Positions 48,013-61,013 are shown, counted from the first letter of the stretch. The stretch: DNA of 64,000 nucleotides from Leucoraja erinacea (GCF_028641065.1 NC_073384.1:56482001-56546000); one strand, 5' to 3'. The notes: generated by a model not told the origin, from the sequence alone. Numbers and translations: made by a program.

Positions 48013-49107
48013 ATGCCGCCGCCGACCCTCACCTGCCTACCGATGACGCCCAGCCTCGCCGCTTCTACGGTAACTTGGACCCGCTCCCCATCGCTGATTC
48101 CTCCGACCCTCGCCGCCCTCCGGGACCGCCTAGCCTCATCGCCGCACCGGGCCTACCCGACATCGCCGCCGCACTGGGCCCATCCAGCATCTTCGCTGGA
48201 CCGGGCCCACTCTCTAGGCCCTCGCCTCCTCATCTTCACCATGGACGTCCAATCACTCTACACCTCCATCCCCCACCAGGATGGCCTCAAAGCCCTCTGG
48301 TTCTTCCTCGACCAGAGGAGCAACCTATACCCAGCCACTGACACCCTCCTCCGCCTAGCGGAGTTGGTCCTCACCCTCAACAACTTTACGTTTGACTCCT
48401 CCCATTTCCTCCAAACACAAGGCGTAGTTATGGGCACACGCATGGGCCCCAGCTATGCCTGCCTCTTTGTCGGGTACGTTGAACAATCCTTGTTCAATAC
48501 GTACCAGGGCCCCATCCCCGACCTCTACCTCCGTTACATTGACAACTGCTTTGGTGCCACCTCCTGCACCCACACACAACTGACTGACTTCATCCACTTC
48601 ACCACCAACTTCCATCCGGCACTCCAATACACCTGGACCATTTCCGACACTTCCCTACCATTCCTTGACCTCACCATCTCCATCGCAGGGGACAGACCTC
48701 TGACCGACATACACTACAAACCAACTGACTCGCATGGCTATCTGGACTACATGTCTTCCCACCCTTCCCCCTGTAAAGACTCCATCCCCTACTCCCAATT
48801 CCTCCGCCTACGCCGCATCTGTTCCCAGGATGAGACGTTCCACACCAGGGCATCGGAAATGTCCTCGTTCTTCAGGGAACGGGGATTCCCCTCTGCCACC
48901 ATAGATGAGGCTCGCACTAGGGTCTCATCCATACCCCGCAACACTGCTCTCTCTCCCCATCCCCGCACTCGCAACAAGGGAAGAGTCCCCCTAGTCCTCA
49001 CCTTTCAGAGTGAGCAACACCGGAAATTGGAGAAACAGCACCTCATATTCCGCCTGGGCAGCTTGCGTCCGGATGGCATGAACGTTGAATTCTTCCAGTT
49101 TTGCTAG
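48013..49107 (+). pseudogene. Penelope-type reverse transcriptase, truncated; GIY-YIG largely deleted
   Basis: PLE RT motifs FTMDVQSLYTSIPH, QTQGVVMGTRMGPSYACLF, YLRYIDN (normally YIDD), LPFLDL, YKPTD, SSHP, SIPYSQFLRLRRICS; VPLVLTF joined directly to the C-terminal EKQHLIFRLG. Confidence 0.92.
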
Positions 49108-49217
49108 CCCTTGCTGTCTCCTCCCCTTCCTTAACCCTCGAGCTGTCTCCTCCCATCCCCCTGCCCTCGGGCTCTTCCTCCTCCCTTTTTCCTTCCTTCT
49201 TCCCCCCCACCCCCCAT

Positions 49218-49253
49218 CAGTCTGAAGAAGGGTTTCGGCCCGAAACGTCGCCT
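49218..49253 (+). ncRNA. Minimal type I hammerhead ribozyme motif (predicted)
   Basis: CUGAAGA (49222-49228), extra A, stem II GGGU-UUCG-GCCC, GAAA, palindromic ACGU stem III without loop, GUC cleavage triplet (49247-49249); the location in a Penelope terminal repeat fits the known association. Confidence 0.75.
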
Positions 49254-49357
49254 ATTTCCTTCGCTCCATAGATGCTGCTGCACCCGCTGAGTTTCTCCAG
49301 CATTTTTGTGTACCTTCGATCTTCCAACATCTGCAGTTCCTTCTTGAACACCCAAGA

Positions 49358-49470
49358 TCTACAGATGCTAGTTTATACCAAAAATGGACCCAAAGTGTTG
49401 GAATAACTCGGTGTCAGGCAGAATCTCTGAAGAAAAAGGATGGGTGATGTTATGGGTCGGTACCCTTCTT
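49358..49470 (-). mobile_element. Penelope terminal-repeat arm, older
   Basis: tacagatgctagttta...gggtgatgttatgggtcggtacccttctt. Confidence 0.7.
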
Positions 49471-49934
49471 TATATTCCCGCCTCACTTGAGTTCAGTGAT
49501 TCTTTCGGGAGATCCACACACCTGGTGGCTGTTGAATCAAGAATAATTTAGTTTGTTTATGGCTGGGAATTTTGTGATTAAAAAAAATGCAACCTCTCTT
49601 GGGGTACATGATCACTTGGATGAGGATGAAACTTTGGCATGATAGTGGCGTTTAACAGGCTTTTAGATAGGCACATGAATATGCAGGGAATAGAAGGATT
49701 TTGTGCAGGCAGAAAGGATTTGTGCAATTTGGCATCATGTTCAACACGGGTGTCATAGGCCAAAGGGCCTGTTCCAGTGGTGCACTGTTCTATGTTCTCT
49801 AATCCTCCTCTTCTCTATCCCCTCTACTTCAATTCTTTCCTTCTCACCTAACCATGCCATCCCTCCCTAATATGGACTGTGATTGCCATAGTGCTCCAGG
49901 GTCAGATGGGGCAACATTTGTTAACTGTACCTGG

Positions 49935-50990
49935 GGAGTCATAGAGATATACAGTGTTGGAACAGATCCTTCAGCCTACCTTCATCCAAGACAATTAAGT
50001 TGGCATATTGGACAAGTTCCATTTGCATCCATTTGGCCCATACCCCTCTAATCCCTTCCGATTCATATATCTGCCCAAATGTATTTAAAAAATGTAATTG
50101 TATATAAATTATAACTTCCTCTGGCAGTTCATTCCCATTAGGGACTACCCTCAGAGTGGAAAAAAGTTGCTCCTGAGGTCTCTCTCAAATCTTTCCCTAT
50201 GCCCTCTAGTTTTAGAATCCTCTACCCTGGAACAAAGGCTGTGCACGTTTACTTTATCTGTGCCCCTCATGATCTTGTTCGCCTCAATAAGGTCAGCCCT
50301 CGGCCTCCTACACTCCAAAGAAAAAAGCCCTAGCTTATCCACTCTCTGTAACACAAGCACACCAGCACGTTTAACATCCTGGTGAATCACTTCTGCACCA
50401 TTTCCAATTATAAAAAAATAAAAAATAAAAAAAATTCCTCAGTAAGTCCTGACTAAATAAGTTTGAAATACCAAAATGCAACACATCACAGTTGTTAGAG
50501 TTGCCATTCCTTGGCCCACCTTCCTATCTCATCTAGGTCTTGTTGTAACTTTCTTCATTGTGTACTTAAACGCCTACTTTGGTGGTAAATTTGCAGTTGA
50601 CATCAATGTTAAATACATTGTCAGCCAAATCATTAATGTACATAACAAACAGCAGCAGACCCAGCATCAACCCCTGCGGTACTCCACTGATTACACGTCT
50701 CCAATCAGGAAATCGACCCTCTACAATTACGCTTGACTCTTTCGTCCAAGCTAATTTTGAATCCCATTTTGGCTATCTCACCCTGGATTCCATGTGACCT
50801 AATCTTCGAGAGTAGCCTACCATGCGGAGCCATGTTAAAGGACACGCACTGTCCTGCCCTCTTCTGTCCTCTTGGTGACCTCTTCAGATTTGTGAGACAG
50901 GATTTCCAACGCACAAAACCATGCTGACTATTCCTAATCAGTCTGTTCCTATCTAAATGGTGGATAGTGTCCAAGAATGTTTTCTCAAGC
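49935..50990 (-). mobile_element. CR1 RT fragments, degraded
   Basis: Minus ORFs 50705..51139 (NSQHGFVRWKSCLTNL, PHGRLLSKIRSHGIQG) and 50151..50390 (LGLFSLECRR.RADLIE..KIMRG..TRGH). Confidence 0.85.
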
Positions 50991-50999
50991 AATATATAG

Positions 51000-53195
51000 A
51001 TTGCTCTACTGGAGAGAGAGAACAACACTTGACCTTTTCTTGGGAAATGAGGCAGGACTGACGTGTCAGTGGAGGAATATTTTGGGACCAGTGACCATAA
51101 TTTTAAATAGTTATGGAAAAACATCGCATTGATCCACAAGTTAAATTCCCAAATTGGGGCATGGCTAATTTTGGGGGCATTTGACAGGAACTTGCAAAGA
51201 TTAATTAAAAGAGGCTGTTACCACATAAAGGGACGTCTAGCAAGTGGGAGCTTATTAAAAGTGAGATAGCAAGAGTTTGGGGCCAACTTGAAGTAAAGGG
51301 TAGGATTGGGAAACCCTAGTTAATGAGTAATATTGAGGCTCTGGTCAGGAAAAAGAAAGAGGTAAATGTCAGGCAAAAAAACAAAGTGTTGCAGGAACTC
51401 AGCAGGCCAGGCAGTACCTATGGAGTGGGGGTGGACTAATAATCAAACAAATCCCTTGAGGAGTATTAGCAATGCCGGAGTACAATTAATAACTAAATCA
51501 GGAAGTCAAAATGGAAGATGTCCTCTGCAGATAAGGAAAAGGAAAATCCTGAGAGTCTCTAAAAGTATGGAAAAGGATAACTAGCGACGGAATCGGTGTT
51601 GGCATCTGTGTGTCGAGCTACACAATATGGGCAAGGTCAAAAATGACTACTTTATCTTTGTGTTTATCATTGAGAAGGTCACGGAAGCTAGGGAATTAAG
51701 GGAAGAGAATAATGATGCCCTGAAACATTGACATTATGTAAGGGGAGTTTTTGATGATCTTGCAACATATAAAGGTGGATAAATCCCTGGTTTCTATAAA
51801 TCCCTGCCTGTCCAAATGTATCCTATGGTGTTATGGGAAGTCAGAGAAGAAATTGCTGGCACGCCGGCTGATCTTCCTTAGCTATGGGTGTGGACTGGAA
51901 GACGATAAATACTGTGCCTTTATTTAAGAAGGATTGCAAGAACAACCAGAGTACTACAGGCTGCTGAGCCTAACATTGATGTTGAGAAAGTTGCTGCAGG
52001 AGATTATCAGAGATCGGGCTTATCTGTGTCTGAAGAAGGGTCTTGACTTCGAAACGCCACCCATTCCTTCTCTCCAGATATGCTGCCTGTCCCGCTGAGT
52101 TACTCCAGATTTTTGTGTCTATCTTTGGAAAGGTAACGACTGATTATGGAGAGTCAGCATGACTTTGTGTGAAGTTGTCTCTCACAAATTTGATTGAGTC
52201 TTTCGAAGAGGAGACCAAGAGAAGTGATGAATGCAGGGTAGTAGACATTATTTATGTTTGACAAGTACTGCATGGTAGGCTGGCCAGAAGTTTCAATCAC
52301 ATGGGATCCAGGGCGAGCTGGCCAATTGGATATAAAATTGGCTCAGTGGAAGGAATTAGAGAGTGGTGGTGGAAGGTTGATTTCCAGATTGGAAGACTGT
52401 GAATAGTGATTAGTGCTGTTATTTACAATTTGGATGCAAAATTAGATGGTGGGATTAATGTTTGCAAATGACACCAAAATTGGTGACATGGTTGACTGTG
52501 AAGAAGGTTGCCTGAGGTTACAACAAGACCTAGATCAACTGGAAAATGGGCAAACGAATGGGAGATGGAACTTCATTTGGACTTGTGAAATCCTGTATTT
52601 TGGTAAATTGAACGGTGGCAGGACTTACACAATGAATCACAGGGTCATGTGGAGCAGGGAGACATTGTTCTCTAAAGGTGGAGATGCAGGTAGACAAGGT
52701 GGTGAAGAAAGATTATGGCATGCTTGCCTTCATCGGTCAGAGCATTGAGTGCAAGGGTTTGGATGACACATTGCCTGGAATATTGTGTGCTGTTCTGGTC
52801 ACCCTTCTATAAGAAGGATTAAGTCAGAGAGGGTATACAAAGATTCACAATGATGTTGCTGGAACTGCGGTTTAAATCAAATGGAGAGACTTTATAAAAT
52901 CATAAGGTGCATGTTCTTGGTATTTATACCCAGGGTAAGGGAGTCTAAAACTAAGGGACAGACGTTTGAGAGAGGAAAGATTTAAAAGGACATGTGACTA
53001 GATTTTTGCATAGGATATTTGGAAGGAGCTGGCAGAGGAAGTGGCGGAGGTGGGTTCAATTGCAATGTTTAAAAGATGTTTGGACACATAATACTGGATA
53101 GGAAAGGTATAGAGTGAAGTGAGCTAAAGACGGGCAAATGAGACTAGCATGTTGGTTGCTATGGACTTGGATGGACATGTTTCTGTTCTAAATAA
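51000..53195 (+). mobile_element. Long degraded CR1 ORF2 remnant
   Basis: gaccagtgaccataat (SDHN), aaaggtggataaatccc, tgtgcctttatttaagaagg (VPLFKK), agtcagcatgacttt (SQH.F), MFANDTKIG (decayed FADD), 3' UTR to ~53195. Confidence 0.85.
52028..52125 (+). mobile_element. Penelope terminal-repeat arm nested in CR1
   Basis: gtctgaagaagggtcttgacttcgaaacgccacccattcc...ttttgtgtctatct. Confidence 0.85.
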
Positions 53196-54414
53196 CTCAG
53201 ACTGAATTTGCATAAATGTATTGCAACTCCCGATTCAACAGGATTCCTTCACATATTTTCGTCACACGTAAGCATTATTTTGAGCTTGGCAATCTGAATG
53301 GGAGGAGAATGTTTATACGATTTTATTGGGAGCTAATGGGTTACAGGTAGACTGGCTGCTGGAAAATGAAAACCACCGTTTCTTGGGATGCTCCAGTATT
53401 ACTCTCTGTGCCTTCTAGTTTTTTGTTTGTATAAAAGGAACGATAGGAGCTCGGAGAACATCTGCTGAGGAGCAGTTCCTGTGTGGGGGAGGGAATACAA
53501 TGCTTCCATTTATACATCAGTGAAGTCAACCCCGTTGGAAATTGCCTGAAGCCAAGATGTTTAACCCACTTCAAGGTGCAGGAGAAAGTAATTCCACATG
53601 TGCCGAGTCTCTTCGGATCACAATACCTTTCATTAATTGCTGGTTGTGAGAATAAAGGTGTCTACATATGCTCAGTATGTACATTTTACTTTCAGACAGC
53701 AGCTCATTAAATTGGAAAGAACGTATGCTTTAAAATTTTAGCCATTAAAGATTAATGTAACCAAATGGGCAAATTAGTTGTTCTCCAGATGTGTAGCTCT
53801 TTTCATTGAAATTCTTTGACACAATTGAACATGAATAATGAATAAACACATAAACACGTGAACATGAATAAAAACATTGTTAAGTTATGGGATTTTTTTT
53901 GGCCTCCCTTTTCTTTTGTTTTCTGGATGAGGAAAAATTAAATGCTGTTGTGAAGTCCAAGGGCAAACAAGCAGTCAAAGTCTGATAGAAACATCGTACA
54001 TTACAGGAAATTCCAGCAGAAAATGACACATTAACATTCAGAATGCACGCAACAGTTTACCTTTCATAGACTTTAAGACAGACTAGATTTTGAAGTCAAA
54101 TTTGAAAATATTATTATTATATTCCAGTGAGGCATGGGAAGTTTGACTGAATTCTTGCACAGTAGTTTTTTTTATTGCATATTTGTGTGCGTCAAGTTGA
54201 TGCCTTTCAGACAGACATGGAGTGCTATTGAAATGGATACTGGATTTACAAGCATTTTGAGCTCTGATATATGTATGTACAGACTCATAAATGTTTTAGT
54301 TTTTCAATACTTTGAACCAATCAGCAATACGCAAGAGGAGTAATATTACAATTATTGATATTTTTTTAAAATGTCAATTTATGGAATTTGTATTTGCAGA
54401 AAGCTTTTGTTTTA

Positions 54415-54544
54415 GGTTTTAAAGTTACAGTGTGGAAACAGGCCCTTCGGCCCACTGAATCCATGCCAAGCATCCAACAATCACCCATGCACTAGATCTA
54501 TCCTATACACTAAGGACAATTTACAGAAGTCAATCAACCTAAAG
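54415..54544 (-). mobile_element. HE1/V-SINE-like 3' fragment
   Basis: acagtgtggaaacaggcccttcggccc...ctatacactaaggacaatttacagaag. Confidence 0.7.
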
Positions 54545-54985
54545 CAGTGGTTCCCAACCTTTTTTTGGCCATGCCCCACCTAATCACCTCTAAAATCCTG
54601 ATGCCCCCCCTTGCTTTCCCTTGAGAGAAAACGGAGGAAATAGATATTATAAGGGTAACTTAGCAAAAGCTCTTTGAATCGCATTTCTAAATCCAATTCA
54701 ATAAATAAGGTTCTTCCATGACCTCGCGCGCTTAGTGCGACGTACATGAAGAGCGATGGCGCGGTGATTATGTAATAACTAAACAATAAAGACCTTTTTT
54801 ACCCAAAAAATTTATTTACTCAAAATAACATCTGAAACATAAACTACATATGTTTACCTGATGGAAAATCCAAAAAAATAAAAATCGAAAATTTGGACCC
54901 AGACCTCCTCAGTCGCACTCAATTGCCCCCCTTAAAAATCAAATTGCCCCCCTGTGGGGCGTACGCCCCACATTGGGAACCACTG
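54545..54985. mobile_element. hAT (Charlie-like) MITE
   Basis: 13-bp TIRs CAGTGGTTCCCAA / TTGGGAACCACTG; perfect 8-bp TSD ACCTAAAG (54537-54544, 54986-54993). Confidence 0.92.
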
Positions 54986-55162
54986 ACCTAAAGTGTCCGC
55001 AGAAGATCTGTGAATATATTTACAAAACAATGAGCGTATTTATAAATGCTGCCTTGCATCAAGCAGGAGTTGATGAAAAGACAGCATGGTCAATCTTTAT
55101 TAAATGGTATTTTGGCAAATGTTATGTGTCTCTTTCCACAGATGATGAGTGCCTTACTGAAT

Positions 55163-55430
55163 TAGTTTAGTTTAGAGATAGAACATGGAAGCAGGCGATC
55201 CACCCCGACCAACGATCACTTTGACACTAGTTCCATCCTGCACACTAGAAACAATTTACATCAACTAATTAACTTGCAAACCTGCATGTCTTTGGAATGT
55301 GGGAGAAAACGAGAGCACACGGAGAAAGCCCACACCACCACAGGGAGAGCGTTGTACAGACAGCACCTGAAGTCAGGATTGAACCCAGGTCTCTGGCACT
55401 GTAATGCAGCAGCTCTGCACCACTATACTG
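55163..55430 (-). mobile_element. HE1/V-SINE-like element
   Basis: tagtttagtttagagata tail; tgtctttggaatgtgggagaaaac core; caggattgaacccagg (B-box reverse complement). Confidence 0.78.
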
Positions 55431-56459
55431 CTTTTTATACGATTTTTCCTTTGTTTCAGATTTCCAGCATTTTCAGGGTTTTTTTAATACCTGACATTAT
55501 TTCCTGAAGATTTGAGTATTTGTATAAATGATTCACAACAAAAGCCAAAGGGGGCTTCATAGTAACGGAATTTAGAGGTCATTATTAAGGTATATTGCAA
55601 CATGTTCTACAGTTTAAATACTGTGTGCAGTTTTTAAGTATCTGCCTAAAAAAGCAAATGAAAATCAGAATGTGCAACAGACTTGCAGCAAAATGCTTCA
55701 AGAACTATTACGAGCAATTTGAACTGCTTGGAGTTTTTTCCCAAAGAACCAGATGATTTTTATGATAAATGTTGTCAGTGATAAGAGAATCTTATTTTTA
55801 GGTTTGATCAAAACTGAAGAATTGCCAATGTAAAGTAGTCTGTACAAATTTGGGGAGAGAATAAGAGCTTAATTAATATGGCGAAATATTGGACCATAAA
55901 ATGTTTTGCACAAGAAGGTTGTTGTCTATTTAAAGGGACACTGGGAAGAGATCAGTGCAAGGGGTTCAGTTTGTATTGTTCCAGCAAAGCATTACAGGAG
56001 ATGCAGCACAAAATCTCTGAAAGGTCTTTAGTGTACCATCATATTTTTGTGTGGTACATGATGGAATTTCATCCAAGTTTTTTGTGGAATGCTGCTTGTG
56101 TTCCAGGTTCCCTGTTTAAAATACACGATTATTCATGGTGGTAATTGCATCAATGCAGTGATGTCATGTGTCATAGATTCACATAGCACAAAAACCGGCT
56201 CTATGGCCCAACTTGCACCAAAGTTAAATCCCTGTTAGCTGCCTCTCTGTTGAAACATGCAAGTTAGTTCGTAATTATGCGCTTTCAGTTCAAAGACTAC
56301 TTACTGTTACATAATACTACGCACCCATGAATTATTATGGAATACTTCATCTGTAAGCTTCAAGGCCTTTAAATTTTCCTACCAAAATATGTATCTTTTT
56401 TCCACTCAACCCAACCCCCCCCCTCCCCCCAGACAAAAACAGCCTTGGAATTCAACTGC

Positions 56460-56720
56460 CTCTAAATCACTCCATTGTTGGCATTCATGTCATCGGCTGC
56501 TAAGGCCATAAACACTGGAATTCCTGTCCTGAACCTCTGTGTTTCCACCTCGTTTTCCTCCTTTTTAGACGCATCTTAAACCCACATCTTTATCCAGGTT
56601 TTGGGACATTGCACCAACAGATCATGGCTTGTGTTTTAAATTTTATTTTAAGACATTCCTTCAAATGCTTTGATAGTTTTATTTTATTAAAGCTGCTGTT
56701 TAAATAAAATATCTTGCTTT
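56460..56720 (+). mobile_element. Old L2-like LINE 3' remnant
   Basis: ctggaattcc (WNS), cctcctttttagacgcatcttaaacccacatcttt (SF..LK.HLF-like), tail ..ataaaatatcttgcttttgctgttg. Confidence 0.5.
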
Positions 56721-58029
56721 TGCTGTTGAACGATTGCTCTAACGCTCCATTTTATCACCCAGATGTAGCAATCAGAGGTTATATATTAATAAAAGAATGT
56801 CATTGTCCTAGCTTTGTGACGACTTTTCAACTTCTCCAGTATTAAAACTGAGCTACTGATAGGTGGTGGTACACATAGCTGGTGTTAAATAATGACACGT
56901 TTCCACTGTAAATGAGCAATGTTTCAAGCTGTCCTTGTTACCTTTATTTAAGAGGGTATTATTTACTTTGTGCTTTCTCCCCACTGTATGAGTCATTAAG
57001 GCCATTGATTGACTCAAATTATGTGTAGGATATTCAAGTGCCAAGAGTGCAGGATGTTTTGCAAGGGAGAGCTGTAATAGTAGAACCCTTTCACTAAAGT
57101 TTTTATTGATAGATTGTGGTACCTGTTGTGAAGCTTTGTGTCATTTTAATGCTGGTAAATCCCGTGCTAAATTTTAATTCTTTTACCACTTTATGTTTTC
57201 ATTATCTTTTGAACACATGGATGGCTAGATGGTCTCTTTTGAAGTCTGCATCTTGTGTAGTTGTGCTTGTTATAGGGAAGAGTAAAAGTGCATTGGAGTA
57301 TCTATCTACTGCCATACATTTTGGCCACAATAGACAAGGAATGCATCCCGTGCGGAACTGCACGTGTGATCTGACACCCGACTGCCAAACGGCGCTGTTC
57401 CCAGAACCTTCACTCTTTCTAAAATGCTAGACTCCCCAGATGGCTTATTTGCTGAAACAATAGAACTTCATGGGTTTCAGCTATTTGGATTAGTAGTGCC
57501 TCAATTTGAATTACTGTTGAACTAATCAATTGCAACCATATTGAAAGGAAACTCAGAGTATTTCCCCTTCCTGGCACGAAGATGAGGTTACTTTAAATGC
57601 TACCACGATACGGAATAATTAGTAGTAACAGTTAGAAATATGTGTAATGCCCATATATACAATCACTGAGTTTATAATGAGGGAAATCTGAGTGTTCCTG
57701 GCATTGCAATTAGTCATTGGTAAATTTCAGTGGATTATTCAGAATCAATGCCAGATTATTTATTGTCAGCTGCACTACAGAGCTATGAAATTCTTTGTTT
57801 GCATGAAGCTCATGGAGTAAACTGTATACATGGTAATGATAAATACAAGGGATGACACAATAATAAATTAATCTGAAGTAGTGCAAAAAAAAAAAATTAG
57901 ATTGCAATAATGAAACAGGTGATCTTTTTACCTCCGTCCTCTTGCGCCGACCCTGCCTTGCCCTCGGTTCATTCCTTCACATTCTTCTCCCATCTTCTGA
58001 TCTCCAACTGGTTCCTGCCATGTTTGATG

Positions 58030-58452
58030 GCACTAGGCCTATATTCATTGAAGTTTAGAAGAATGAGGGGGGGGGCACATTGAGATGTACAGAATAGTGA
58101 AAGGCTTGGATAGAGGGGACGTGGAAAGAATGTTTCCACGTGGGAGAGCCTAGGACTAGAGGTCAAAGCCTCAGAATTAAATGACATTCTTCTCGCAAGG
58201 AGATGAGGAGGAATTTCTTTAGTCAGAGGGTGGTGAATCAGTGGAACTCTTTGCTACAGAAGGCTATTGAGGAAAAGTCAGTGGATATATTTAAGGCAGA
58301 GATAGATATTCTTGATTAGTATGGATGTCAGAAGTTATGGGGAGAAGGCAGGAGAATGGGGTAAGGAGGGAGAGATAGACCAGCCATGATTGAATGGAGT
58401 AGACTTGATGGGCCTAATGGCCTAATTCTACTCCTATCTCTCATGATCTTAT
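58030..58452 (+). mobile_element. CR1 3' fragment
   Basis: ctaggcctatattcattgaagtttagaagaatgaggggg...agtcagagggtggtgaatc...cagccatgattgaatgg. Confidence 0.88.
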
Positions 58453-59974
58453 GTGGAATTGCTCCTACAACAGCTGCTAGGTTTCTGCAAAGACTGTCAA
58501 CCATTAGAGGACCTTGGGGTGGAGGAAAGTGAAGGTCGTGGATGGTGAAGGTGCCGGGGAAATTTCTGCGTGGTAATTAGTTGATTTTCACATTTGCCGA
58601 TGTTCCATGATTGGATACATGGAGTCAGAATATGATATAATCAGCTCTCTAAGAATCCGGAATGGGCAGCTTTCCAACTGTCTATATGTTGAAGAGATTC
58701 CAGCTATTTATGTGGAGATTTTCCCAACTTGGGGCCATTGTTGTTCTATAAGTTTTTATCCACAACAAAACCATCACCCACTCGGTGTTACTTGCTTTAT
58801 GATACCGGCGTTAAACAGTAATTTATCACATCGTTTGCATGGGAGGACAAAAACTTGGGTCTCCATTGAGTAAAACTGGTTAGCAATCGGTAGCATTCTT
58901 GATGAATTGATTAAAAAAAGTGGTTTGGTGAAGGGAGGAGAACTGCATTTTTATATGCGATCATAAGAAAGCATTCGTTAACTGCCTATTGCAGCAGTGG
59001 TAATATTTCAGTGATGAGAGAGAAAATATAGTTTGTATATTTGAACATGAATAATTTATGGGGGATGTTTATTTGGCCATGAAATGACCTTAGGGGCGAA
59101 ATTGTAGTGTCTTCCATCTTGTTAATTCGTTCAAAATCGCCCTTTCAGAACGATGAGTATATCCTCTGGTTTTGTTGGTGTCAATCTTTGCTGCCCCGTC
59201 ATTTGAGAGAAGAAATTCTGGAGGCTGCAATGCGCACAACACACATATCTCTCTGACTGTTTAGACTTAGTCCACAGTTTGCCTTTCCAAATTATCTGGT
59301 TTAGGATTACATATTACCTTCAGTTGCTGCTTTGTTTGTTTTTCCTTAAATGGAATGCTGGATTGCATCCAGAGCAACATTCCATGAGCAGAAGGTATAA
59401 CAAGAACAGACATGATATCTGAAATAGTTTGTTTTCTTCCCCCTAGGAAAGAGAAATAGTAAATCTGCAGCTTGTGGTAACAAGCAAGAACTAAACTGCC
59501 ATCAGTCAAGGCCAAGAAAGTTAGGCATTGGTATTTTTTGATGAGACACCCACTTTTCTTTGGCATATCTGATCTGCCGCTACACTCATATTAATGTTTT
59601 AACAATTGACTTTGCTGCAGCTTGCTAAAGGTCTTCCGGCTCTGGAATTGTATGATTGTATAGGCAGCTGGTCCACACCCCTAAAGAGCTATTGACATTG
59701 TTTGTTACAGGATTTCTTAGTCTTGGCATCAGGTTGACGTATTTCTGATCTGCTACCTCATGTGAGGTCCTTGTGTATGAGCTTCAATTGTTGATTTATT
59801 TGGCGTGGAGCCCATTTTACCTCTGATTTATGTTGTGTATCTGAGTAGAATAGCCTTTTGGGGTAACTGCACAATTGATTTGTTCAATAGGTAGAAACTG
59901 AAGTACTGCAACAAAAATGCCAATTTTTAAATAGAAGGAAATTATAATTGTAAATCAAAACAACCCTTCTCGCA

Positions 59975-60341
59975 CGCTGAGGCCAGGAGCAGAGAGGGAG
60001 AAGGAGGCCTCCTTCTGCTGGGTGAGGTGCAGGAAGAGGAGGCGGTGGAGCCGCTGTCGCGGCCGCTGTTGCCGCTGTTCGGGGCCCGTCATTCGCTCCG
60101 ACCCTTCGTCACCACGCACCTAGTATCTTTGCCATGCATTACAGCCGTCGCTGACACAAAACGTCACGTTCCTATTCTCCAGAGATGCTGCCTGACCCGC
60201 GGAGTTACTCCAGTTTTTTGTGTCTATCGGTATAAACCAGTATCTGCTTTCCAAGCCGGGCAAAATGAGTCGGCGTTTAGGTTGCCCGGAGGCACTTTGG
60301 GTGGTCAATGGCACCCGGGCAACCGCTAATTTCGAGACCTG
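59975..60341. mobile_element. Truncated GC-rich DNA-transposon end (hAT-like) containing a Penelope arm at 60157-60250
   Basis: CpG-rich block ending ..cccgggcaaccgctaatttcgagacCTG (CAG-starting terminus on minus strand); the matching left TIR was not found. Confidence 0.45.
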
Positions 60342-60496
60342 CATCATAGACATCTGTACAGATTCTGTTTCACAAGGTCCTAGTTAAATGTAAGGCCTTT
60401 CTCTGCAAGCGATGTAGTGTAGTTTCCTATGACTCAATCAAGAGTATTACTAGAATCACCAATGCTGTAAGTATTAAATTTACATGTAAAATTACA

Positions 60497-61013
60497 TTTC
60501 TTGCCATAGAGGGAGTACAGAGAAGGTTCACCAGACTGATTCCTGGGATGTCAGGACTTTCATATGAAGAAAGACTGGATAGACTCGGCTTGTACTCGCT
60601 AGAATTTAGAAGATTGAGGGGGGATCTTATAGAAACTTACAAAATTCTAAAGGGGTTGGACAGGCTAGATGCAGGGAGATTCTTCCCGATGTTGGGGAAG
60701 TCCAGAACAAGGGGTCACAGTTTAAGGATAAGGGGAAATCTTTTAGGACCGAGATGAGAAAAACATTTTTCACAGAGAGTGGTGAATCTCTGGAATTCTC
60801 TGCCACAGAAGGTAGTTGAGGCCAGTTCATTGGCTATATTTAAGAGGGAGTTAGATGTGGCCCTTGTGGCTAAAGGGATTAGGGGGTATGGAGAGAAGGC
60901 AGGTACGGGATACCGAGTTGGATGATCAGCCATGATCATATTGAATGGCGGTGAAGGCTCGAAGGGCCGAATGGCCTACTCCTGCACCTATTTTCTATGT
61001 TTCTATGTTTCTA
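60497..61013 (+). mobile_element. Young CR1 3' fragment with (TTTCTATG)n tail
   Basis: ORF 60548..60757 GLSYEERLDRLGLYSLEFRRLRGDLIETYKILKGLD..SRTRGH; tail ttttctatgtttctatgtttcta. Confidence 0.95.

Larger units (their letters stand above)
47870..49350 (+). mobile_element. Penelope-like retroelement, internally deleted, with 3' terminal repeat
   Basis: C-rich, CpG-retaining block; RT ORF, pyrimidine tract, hammerhead core and terminal repeat ending gcagttccttcttgaaca. Confidence 0.93.
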
